Shown here: piece by piece, positions 1 to 5,127 of the stretch
Layout: each line of letters begins with the position of its first letter
Numbering within the stretch: position 1 is the stretch's first letter
Assembly: GCF_044324875.1 (NCBI RefSeq)
Contig: NZ_CP172190.1
DNA length: 5,318 nucleotides
Source: Escherichia coli
GTDB taxonomy: Bacteria > Pseudomonadota > Gammaproteobacteria > Enterobacterales > Enterobacteriaceae
Strand: one strand, 5' to 3'
The notes under the pieces: model-generated
Told to the model about the DNA's origin: nothing
The model's database searches: none
What the model saw: only the letters and a program-made list of their open reading frames with translations
Position numbers and translations under genes: made by a program

Positions 1-147
1 GAATGTCGGGCTATTGGCAAGAGCATTGCGAAATACACGCACAGGAACTTCACGCCGGAAACTTTCGCACAGTATGTGGCTGATACGCACACGCCAGAAA
101 TTCAGGCTGCACGAGATGAAGCCGAAAAGCAAATATGCCATGACTAA
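1..147 (+). CDS. 3' end of an upstream gene (last ~48 codons; product not recognised)
   Basis: Frame 1 is open from the window edge to TAA at 145-147 and translates to a natural-looking acidic/helical tail (...AIGKSIAKYTHRNFTPETFAQYVADTHTPEIQAARDEAEKQICHD). The antisense frame is also open but is Arg/Cys/Phe-rich, as expected for the non-coding strand. The start lies outside the window. Confidence 0.35.
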   Translation, partial: ECRAIGKSIAKYTHRNFTPETFAQYVADTHTPEIQAARDEAEKQICHD

Positions 148-173
148 GGCTGTATGAGTATAAAAACGGCGTT

Positions 174-746
174 TCACGTCAAGATAAAATAAATACCTGT
201 ACCTAATATAAAAATGGAGCTACATATACTTATGTACCTTGAGAATGACGGAGTTAATTTATCCCTTATCGTCAAGCTAATAGCTATGTAAATAATATCT
301 GTCAGGAATGATATAAATATAAACAAAACACCCAATATAAAGAAATTTAATGCGATATTTGTATTATCATCTATAAATGCTGGTATTAATGCCGCAAAGA
401 ATAAATACGCCTTTGGGTTTAATAATGGTATAAGTAAAGGTTTTTGTACTTTGCTTTTTTTGTTTTTTTTATTAATTAAACCCATTACCCCTATGTATAT
501 TAAATAGCTTCCACCTAAGATCTTTATAATGTAAAAGTGTTGTTCTATGCTGGATGTTGAAGATAACGTGAAAAGAGATATTACCATGACGATTGCTTCG
601 CCAGATCTTATGTATACACTTGTTTTTATTGATGATTTAAGTCCTTGTGAAAAGGCGTTGTTTATAACCAATGCAACACCAGGTCCTATTGATATAGTTT
701 GAGATAAAGTTACGATAGCAAATGAAAATAATGTTGAATATTCCAT
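174..746 (-). CDS. LysE/RhtB-family amino-acid exporter (small six-helix inner-membrane translocator)
   Basis: 190-aa ORF, strongly hydrophobic with several predicted transmembrane segments. It carries an N-terminal SIGPG motif and a central PLLIPLLNPKAYLFFAALIPAFID segment matching the NPK...LFF...P(A/Q)FI signature of the LysE/RhtB family. Size is typical (about 190-210 aa). The gene is very AT-rich compared with the rest of the window. No strong Shine-Dalgarno is visible upstream of the ATG at 746. Confidence 0.75.
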   Translation of the reverse strand: MEYSTLFSFAIVTLSQTISIGPGVALVINNAFSQGLKSSIKTSVYIRSGEAIVMVISLFTLSSTSSIEQHFYIIKILGGSYLIYIGVMGLINKKNKKSKVQKPLLIPLLNPKAYLFFAALIPAFIDDNTNIALNFFILGVLFIFISFLTDIIYIAISLTIRDKLTPSFSRYISICSSIFILGTGIYFILT

Positions 747-1154
747 ATTTACTTACCATGATATATTTCGCGGGAGCTTTTCATATACATACTCCATTTA
801 TTCTCGGAGCGGATATACATTCATTTATAAAGTCATTCATTTTTCTATCCCCTGGTCTGAGTTTTTGCATTTGTTGTTATGACTATTTAATGCTAATTAT
901 CAGATAACCTTTTTTACACGCCATAAACACGATTATGATTGATGTTTTATATTGTCGATATTTCGTTGTCCAGACTGTATATGTCTGGAAATTTGTTTGC
1001 ATACGGGTTCGTTCCGTTTAGCTGGCTTTTTGGATGAGAAAGTTTGCTGTTTTGACCCGTTCGCGCTTCTGAACGGGGGTTTGGTGTTCTTTTGCGCGGC
1101 GTCTCCGATCCGCTCCCACACCTCCAAACCAAATACCGAAACCCTGCAAACCAA

Positions 1155-1232
1155 GCGAGTGGCGGCTCCGCTCGCCGCAGCCCCAGCGACCGAGCGTTAG
1201 CGAGCAAGTGGGCGAGGAAGCGGAAGTGAACC
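1155..1232. other. Putative primosome assembly site (PriA-type ssi/pas-like hairpins) flanking the origin
   Basis: GC-rich island in an otherwise AT-rich origin region. CCGCTCGCCGCAGCCCCAGCGACCGAGCGTTAGCGAGCAAGTGGGCGAGGAAGCGGAAGTGAACC closely parallels, from memory, the pMB1/pBR322 sequence just downstream of the ColE1-type origin (CCGCTCGCCGCAGCCGAACGACCGAGCGCAGCGAGTCAGTGAGCGAGGAAGCGGAAGAGCG), including the GAAGCGG core. A 6-bp stem hairpin CGCTCG...CGAGCG lies at 1169-1196. Confidence 0.35.
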
Positions 1233-1301
1233 GTAGCCAGGTTGAGCACATACGCACGGTTTTTCGACAGGTGATATGCGCCGAACCCGCATGAATACTG
1301 G

Positions 1302-1310
1302 ATTTCCACA
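1302..1310 (+). promoter_or_regulatory. DnaA-box-like 9-mer (ATTTCCACA)
   Basis: 8 of 9 match to the TTWTNCACA DnaA box consensus, in the same orientation as the two other boxes, upstream of the AT-rich repeats. Confidence 0.4.
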
Positions 1311-1397
1311 GGGTTGAGCGGGGTTTTTGCTAAAGTCCGCGAAGTGGATTTTTGTAACATCTTGTTTTTTCTTGTTTTTCCTTTTGCGCACCCCAAG

Positions 1398-1406
1398 TTT
1401 TCCACA
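1398..1406 (+). promoter_or_regulatory. DnaA box (TTTTCCACA)
   Basis: Full match to the relaxed consensus TTWTNCACA, located about 20 bp upstream of the AT-rich 13-mer repeats, the expected place for DnaA-assisted unwinding. Confidence 0.5.
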
Positions 1407-1426
1407 GGCTCGCTGTTAAGTTTTTA

Positions 1427-1465
1427 GATCTTGTTTTTAAGATCTTGTTTTTAATACTTGTTTTA
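1427..1465. repeat. AT-rich DNA unwinding element: three tandem 13-mers (GATCTTGTTTTTA x2, ATACTTGTTTTA) with Dam GATC sites
   Basis: Direct repeats at 1427-1439, 1441-1453 and 1454-1465, resembling the oriC 13-mer consensus GATCTnTTnTTTT. Further copies of CTTGTTTTT lie at 1361-1369 and 1371-1379. The block sits between a DnaA box and the iterons. Confidence 0.6.
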
Positions 1466-1508
1466 GGGTCGAATTTTCTTATGGAATTCAAGAGTTTAGA
1501 AGACTATA

Positions 1509-1591
1509 GGTAATATAATTTAAGGTAAAGGCAATATGATTTAAGGTGGATAGGCAATATGATTTAAGGTAAAGGCAATATGATTTAAGGT
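1509..1591. repeat. Iterons: four direct repeats with ~21-23 bp periodicity (core GGCAATATGATTTAAGGT)
   Basis: Exact 18-mer GGCAATATGATTTAAGGT at 1530-1547, 1553-1570 and 1574-1591, plus a degenerate copy GGTAATATAATTTAAGGT at 1509-1526. The spacing of about two helical turns and the position directly upstream of a Rep_3 gene are the classic iteron arrangement. Confidence 0.85.
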
Positions 1592-1592
1592 A

Positions 1593-1601
1593 ATATCCAC
1601 A
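1593..1601 (+). promoter_or_regulatory. DnaA-box-like 9-mer (ATATCCACA) between iterons and the rep promoter
   Basis: 8 of 9 match to TTATCCACA, immediately after the last iteron. Confidence 0.4.
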
Positions 1602-1617
1602 GGAAAAGGGATATTAA

Positions 1618-1658
1618 AATTAAATCATATTGCCTTTACCTAAAGGAATGTTTATATT
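1618..1658 (+). promoter_or_regulatory. rep promoter (-35 TTGCCT at 1630-1635, 17-bp spacer, -10 TATATT at 1653-1658) overlapped by an inverted iteron (autoregulatory operator)
   Basis: 1622-1640 is the exact reverse complement of the 19-bp iteron core GGTAAAGGCAATATGATTT; extended to about 24 bp there is one mismatch. Inverted-iteron operators over the rep promoter are characteristic of Rep_3 initiators (dimer binding, autorepression). The -35 element lies inside this inverted repeat. A GAGGG Shine-Dalgarno sits at 1678-1682, 7 nt before the ATG at 1690. Confidence 0.6.
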
Positions 1659-1689
1659 TTACTCATTGCCTTAGGTTGAGGGATTTACA

Positions 1690-2391
1690 ATGTCGGATCT
1701 GATTGCCTACAAATCCAATGCACTGGTTGAGGCCAGCTATAAATTGACTCTTCAGGAACAGCGATTCTTGTTACTTTGCATTGGTCGATTGAAGTCGGGT
1801 TCTGATGCAGAATCCACTGAATTGCAAAAGACCATGACTGTTACCGCCGAAGAGTATTTCGACTCATTCCCTGATATGGGGCGGAAAAATGCCGAGGTTC
1901 AGCTACAGGAAGCAATTGATCGTTTGTGGGACAGGTCGATCATCCTTAAGGACGATGAGAAGCGCGAGGAGTTCCGCTGGATCCAGTATCGGGCACAGTA
2001 CGCTAAAGGTGAGGGCAAAGCCCAAATCACTTTTTCAGATGCGGTCATGCCTTATCTGACACAGTTGAAGGGGCAATTTACTAGAGTTGTAATTAAGAAT
2101 ATCTCCAATTTATCAAGAAGTTACAGCATAAGAATATACGAACTTCTCCAGCAATTCCGCAGCACAGGGGAACGTATTATCGCCCTCGATGATTTTCGCT
2201 CAATGCTTGATATAGAGCATAAATATCAAACATATAAGTCTCTGAACCAGCAATTATTAAGACCTTGCGTTGACGAACTGAATCAAAAAAGCGACTTGGC
2301 TGTAACGCTTGAGACGATCAAGAAGGGGCGCACGGTTGTAGCCCTGCATTTTCGCTTCAAGGAAGACAAACAGATCAAGATGACGATCTAA
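1690..2391 (+). CDS. repA: Replication initiator protein, Rep_3 family (iteron-binding RepA/RepE/pi-type)
   Basis: 233-aa ORF with good Shine-Dalgarno and promoter, directly downstream of the iterons. The N-terminus (YKSNALVEASYKLTLQEQRFLLLCIGRL) and the segment YSIRIYELLQQF...LDDFRSMLDIEHKY...YKSLNQQLLRPCVDELNQKSDL...KKGRTVVALHFRF parallel, from memory, pSC101 RepA, F RepE and pPS10 RepA. Length is within the family range (about 230-320 aa). Confidence 0.9.
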   Translation: MSDLIAYKSNALVEASYKLTLQEQRFLLLCIGRLKSGSDAESTELQKTMTVTAEEYFDSFPDMGRKNAEVQLQEAIDRLWDRSIILKDDEKREEFRWIQYRAQYAKGEGKAQITFSDAVMPYLTQLKGQFTRVVIKNISNLSRSYSIRIYELLQQFRSTGERIIALDDFRSMLDIEHKYQTYKSLNQQLLRPCVDELNQKSDLAVTLETIKKGRTVVALHFRFKEDKQIKMTI

Positions 2392-2402
2392 AATCGATTT
2401 TA
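2389..2402. repeat. 14-bp perfect palindrome TAAAATCGATTTTA overlapping the rep stop codon (copy 1)
   Basis: Self-complementary sequence read directly. The 13-mer AAAATCGATTTTA recurs exactly 90 bp downstream. Candidate protein-binding site; function unknown. Confidence 0.5.
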
Positions 2403-2410
2403 AGGCATCT

Positions 2411-2437
2411 AAAACGCCATCTGGTTCGTTTTTTTGG
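2411..2437 (+). terminator. Possible weak intrinsic terminator downstream of rep
   Basis: AAAACGCCATCTGGTTCGTTTTTTT: imperfect A/U-rich stem (AACGCCA / TGG..CGTT) followed by a 7-T tract, 20 bp after the rep stop. Confidence 0.35.
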
Positions 2438-2479
2438 TGTCAGGTATGCGATGGTACTACCAAGCAAATAAATTGCGTC

Positions 2480-2492
2480 AAAATCGATTTTA
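2480..2492. repeat. Second copy of the palindromic 13-mer AAAATCGATTTTA
   Basis: Exact repeat of the palindrome at the rep stop codon. Confidence 0.5.
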
Positions 2493-2774
2493 GAGAGCGG
2501 TATGGCAAACCATGTCGAACATTACTTGTGTTACTTGACGTGAGAGATGCGTTAATGCCGCCAGCAGCAGTCCCCCATCGAAGTGACTCATGTGTGACTA
2601 AAGAGCAAGCCTGAGCAACGTAGGAATCTCCAACCTTCAGGACGGGATGGATATCAAGCACCAGGGCACACTTGAAAACAAAACCTCGCCTCTGGCAAAG
2701 CGCGTCCTTTCACGATGACGTAGAGGTATTTGAATATCTGTAGGAGTTCATCACGCTATTTTAACGCTTAAAAA

Positions 2775-2840
2775 GCGCGTTTCTGATTGTGTAACTAAAC
2801 ACAGGTAGTAATTAGTAGGTGTGGGGGGGCAGAAACGCGC
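2775..2840. repeat. Inverted-repeat pair A: GCGCGTTTCTG (2775-2785) and CAGAAACGCGC (2830-2840), 44-bp spacer
   Basis: Perfect 11-bp inverted repeat read directly. It shares the 10-bp core CGCGTTTCTG with pair B at 3310-3373. The spacer contains a G7 run. Candidate operator pair or hairpin. Confidence 0.5.
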
Positions 2841-3180
2841 AATTAATATTTATCGTGAATTTGATTTTATGTCTAGTATCGAGAAACAGAATATAAAAAG
2901 ATTATCTTTGGAAATATAGAAAAAAAATAAAATAATAAACTAAAAACAATCAAAAAATAATAAATATTACACTACAATATGGCAATAATATATTCATTCA
3001 TATAGTGATATACGCTATGGTTTTCAAAATTTTCCTTGAGCTGAAGAACGGAGTTTTATGGCAAACGAGGTAATCTTGCACAGGAAAAATAGGTTGTATC
3101 TATGTCATGGTTTTGTTATTTTTTTTTGCTCAGTTATTGATGGTCAATATGTAAAATAAATCAGGTACTTCCTTACACTT

Positions 3181-3207
3181 ACCCTCATTCATTGAGGGTT
3201 TTTTTTA
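3181..3207 (+). terminator. Rho-independent terminator (plus strand)
   Basis: ACCCTCA-TTCAT-TGAGGGT: 7-bp GC-containing stem with a 5-nt loop, followed immediately by a run of 8 T. No T tract on the opposite strand, so it is unidirectional. No CDS lies upstream, suggesting it ends a small RNA or a decayed gene transcript. Confidence 0.7.
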
Positions 3208-3218
3208 TCCATATCTAA

Positions 3219-3531
3219 GTTGACATCCTCCATGCCCTGAAGGACGGGGTTTTACAGCACACCGGATAACTATCTCGACATGGATATTGATACACGTTAA
3301 AAATACGTGACGCGTTTCTGGCAGATATCTGAGGTCTATTTCGCCGTGTTAGCCACACTGTCAGAAACGCGTTCAATTTCTCCCGTTGAGCTGATATGCT
3401 CATCACCGCAATCACGGTAGTGTCCGAAGACGAACCGTTAATGCATCTTCCCCCCGATACTGGGCTTTCGGGGGGAATATTTACTCGGTGCGCCGTAAAA
3501 CCCCGTCCTTCAGGGCATGGAGGATGTCAAC
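3219..3531. repeat. 313-bp element bounded by perfect 37-bp terminal inverted repeats (MITE-like element or invertible segment); interior 239 bp
   Basis: 3219-3255 GTTGACATCCTCCATGCCCTGAAGGACGGGGTTTTAC is the exact reverse complement of 3495-3531. The interior contains its own inverted-repeat pair (3310-3373) and a 9-bp G/C stem hairpin (3449-3476). No convincing CDS inside, and no target-site duplication is evident at the boundaries. Confidence 0.6.
3310..3373. repeat. Inverted-repeat pair B: ACGCGTTTCTG (3310-3320) and CAGAAACGCGT (3363-3373), 42-bp spacer
   Basis: Perfect 11-bp inverted repeat (15 of 16 if extended), sharing the CGCGTTTCTG core with pair A. It lies inside the 37-bp-IR element. 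Confidence 0.5.
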
Positions 3532-3610
3532 ACGAATCCCCTATCTTCTTTTCAGTAAGAAACGGTCATTGAAAACTTATATAACACTACTTTTGGTGTG
3601 TATTTTGCGA

Positions 3611-3643
3611 TAAAAATATCCCCTATCCTAATGATAGGGGATA
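3611..3643 (-). terminator. Rho-independent terminator (minus strand)
   Basis: Plus-strand TATCCCCTATC-CTAAT-GATAGGGGATA forms an 11-bp stem (3617-3627 / 3633-3643). On the minus strand the stem is followed by A then UUUUU (plus-strand A-run 3612-3616). It is convergent with the plus-strand terminator at 3181-3207, so the two bracket the IR-bounded element. Confidence 0.55.
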
Positions 3644-3745
3644 CAAACGATGAATTAACAGTTCTTAATTCTCACGTGAAAAGATAGATTTTAACGAAGA
3701 CACAATCAGCAGTCTTATATCGAATGGCTATCGATCCTGAATCCT

Positions 3746-3838
3746 GATGAGTGGGGATGTTTCTGTACTACTAATGAAAAGCTATCCGGCTAGAGACTTT
3801 ACGATACAGAAACACCCCTCTTTCTTTTATCTCATCAG
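3746..3838. repeat. Long imperfect inverted repeat / hairpin (CTGATGAG...TGTTTCTGTA // TACAGAAACA...CTCATCAG)
   Basis: Outer 8-bp arms CTGATGAG / CTCATCAG and inner 10-bp arms TGTTTCTGTA / TACAGAAACA pair, with an asymmetric internal loop. Orientation and function are unknown. Confidence 0.4.
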
Positions 3839-4376
3839 ATGCCATAGCGCAAAACAATTTCGTTTCACAGATGTGACTTACAATCAAACTGTGCAACATA
3901 AATCACAAAACAAGAAGGTTTTGTTATTATTTTGTTGATGAGTTGTTTTTCGTTGGTTGTTTTTTTGAGGCGTACATACGCGCACAAATGTAAAACTAAA
4001 TTCGTGTTTTCGATAATTTTAAGGCCACAATCATTATGGCATTTTTTATCCTGATCGCCGTCAAAATCTGTCCTTCATGGCAGGATTTACGGCGATCCGG
4101 ATAACACCAAAGATACCTACATGCTCATTCCCCTGTGGTTTCCAGGATATCTTTCCTGTTTTCTGTGCTGTTCATCGCGCCGCCATACCCCGTAACGACT
4201 GCGCTCAGTACCCCTGAAATTTCGCTCGCCGGAAACACGCGGGTGTTGTTTTAACGTGTCCCGGTAGCGGTGTCCAGGCAGGTATGCTTCCGCCAGCGGA
4301 GTTGTTGATCTTGTGTTCTGTTTTTGGCTAGTATTTGTCCGAAAACCTGTCGCTCCGGCGACCAACTAATCTCCCG

Positions 4377-4471
4377 GTGGTCTGAGAGGGAGGCTTACGC
4401 GACCACACTGTCATCTCAGGATGACCAGCCAATGTTCCGGCAGTCTGAGAGGAGCGCCTTCGGGTGACTGC
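4377..4471. other. Two tandem structurally homologous hairpins (candidate structured RNA or protein-binding motif pair)
   Basis: Hairpin 1: stem GTGGTC (4377-4382) / GACCAC (4401-4406). Hairpin 2: stem GCAGTC (4440-4445) / GACTGC (4466-4471). The stem sequences differ but each keeps perfect pairing (compensatory changes). Both loops begin TGAGAGG and contain an inner mini-hairpin (GC-TTAC-GC; GCC-TTCG-GGT, a UUCG tetraloop). Both are preceded by CCGG. A further tetraloop hairpin GTCATC-TCAG-GATGAC lies between them at 4410-4425. Confidence 0.35.
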
Positions 4472-4934
4472 AATATCCCATGAGCCTGGAAGAGGATGCC
4501 TATATGGCGGCAACATCCGTTTAGCCTCTGGAAACGGATGTCACCAGTAGCTGGTGACTGAGGTACGTTATTTTTACCTTCGGATTACCCGTACGGTTTT
4601 GTATGTCATGAAACTTACGAGTTTTCCTCTCGCAGAGTGGCGAAATGCCTTATATATCTGCGTCTTAAAGATTTTCTGTCAGGCTGCATGAGCTTCTTGT
4701 GACTGTGCGCACGGCATAAGGCCATTTGAAATTTGGCTGCTTGCGTGTGTACGTGGAGTCTGAAGCTGTGCGGCGTCACTTGCGTGCGACCGGAGGGAAC
4801 ACCAAGTGACGCCACAACAATCTGCCCTGAAAGCAGCATCACGTAAGGCCTGCCAGAAAATCGTCGCTCGTGACCAGCGTTCTGATGACCGTTTTGTCTT
4901 TCTGACAGCGTCTTTCAGTAACGTGTCCATGCCT

Positions 4935-4981
4935 TTCCGGCGCGTCCGTTTTCACGGACGGCCACGCCGGAATGTCTTTTT
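4935..4981 (+). terminator. Rho-independent terminator (plus strand), compound GC-rich hairpin plus U tract
   Basis: Outer stem CCGGCG (4937-4942) / CGCCGG (4965-4970) and inner stem CGTCCGT (4943-4949) / ACGGACG (4954-4960) with loop TTTC, followed by TGTCTTTTT (4973-4980). It lies inside the 66-aa ORF 4806-5006, which argues that ORF is not a real CDS. Confidence 0.55.
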
Positions 4982-5037
4982 AAACTTCATAATACATGAG
5001 AGGTAAGTGTATTAACTTGTTGAAAAAAGGAATAAAT

Positions 5038-5127
5038 ATGAAAAATCGTTCTGAAGTCGGAAGGCGTCATCGTAAGATGACGGGGAGTAAAAAATCGCCC
5101 TGGTGCACAGGTAGCGAACTCCTGTAA
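5038..5127 (+). CDS. Possible small basic ORF (29 aa, MKNRSEVGRRHRKMTGSKKSPWCTGSELL); leader-peptide-like, speculative
   Basis: ATG at 5038 is preceded by AAGGA (5027-5031) with 6-nt spacing. The ORF is very short with no recognisable family, and lies about 55 bp downstream of the terminator at 4935-4981. Confidence 0.2.
   Translation: MKNRSEVGRRHRKMTGSKKSPWCTGSELL

Noticed and set aside
1-141. Minus-strand ORF containing an LCE motif reminiscent of Hok-family type I toxins
   Set aside because: The hydrophobic segment is too short and mispositioned for a Hok-like peptide, the ORF runs off the window, and its Arg/Cys/Phe-rich composition is what the antisense of an E/A/K-rich coding frame produces. 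The plus-strand frame is the more credible gene.
722-907. 61-aa plus-strand ORF overlapping the lysE start and its promoter region
   Set aside because: It is AT-rich, low-complexity and overlaps the 5' end and upstream region of the much better supported minus-strand lysE gene. Most likely spurious.
968-988. LexA (SOS) box in TCCAGACTGTATATGTCTGGA
   Set aside because: The LexA consensus is CTGT-N8-ACAG. Here the sequence is CTGT followed by ATATGTCTGG with no ACAG half-site in register. It is simply a 7-bp stem palindrome (CCAGAC...GTCTGG).
947-1405. Overlapping ORFs of 61-152 aa on both strands in the GC-rich origin-flanking region
   Set aside because: They overlap each other in several frames, are Arg/Pro/Gly/Ser-rich as expected for random frames in GC-rich DNA, lack Shine-Dalgarno sequences, and lie across the DnaA boxes and the PAS-like hairpins. 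They are most likely non-coding.
1427-1600. CRISPR array (short direct repeats with spacers)
   Set aside because: The repeats are 13 bp and about 22 bp with essentially no unique spacers, and sit in an origin context next to a rep gene. They are unwinding-element 13-mers and iterons, not CRISPR repeat-spacer units. No other CRISPR-like arrays occur in the window.
3746-3838. CUGAUGAG motif suggesting a hammerhead ribozyme
   Set aside because: The hammerhead core requires CUGANGA, then stem II, then GAA, then stem III with the cleavage-site triplet in a fixed order. Here the sequence after the putative stem II (TGGGG...CCCC) is TCTTTC, not GAA, so the motif is just one arm of an ordinary inverted repeat.
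4130-4530. CsrB/RsmZ-like CsrA-sequestering small RNA (GGA motifs such as CAGGATG in hairpin loops)
   Set aside because: Only about four to eight GGA-containing motifs over about 400 bp, and only one canonical CAGGATG. Genuine CsrB-type RNAs carry a GGA roughly every 15-20 nt and end in a strong terminator, which is not seen here.
4600-5010. IncFII-type replication control region (CopA antisense RNA, tap leader peptide, repA1 start)
   Set aside because: No ORF resembles CopB, the tap leader peptide or the RepA1 N-terminus as I recall them, and the window already has a complete Rep_3 iteron replicon. The hairpins alone are not diagnostic.
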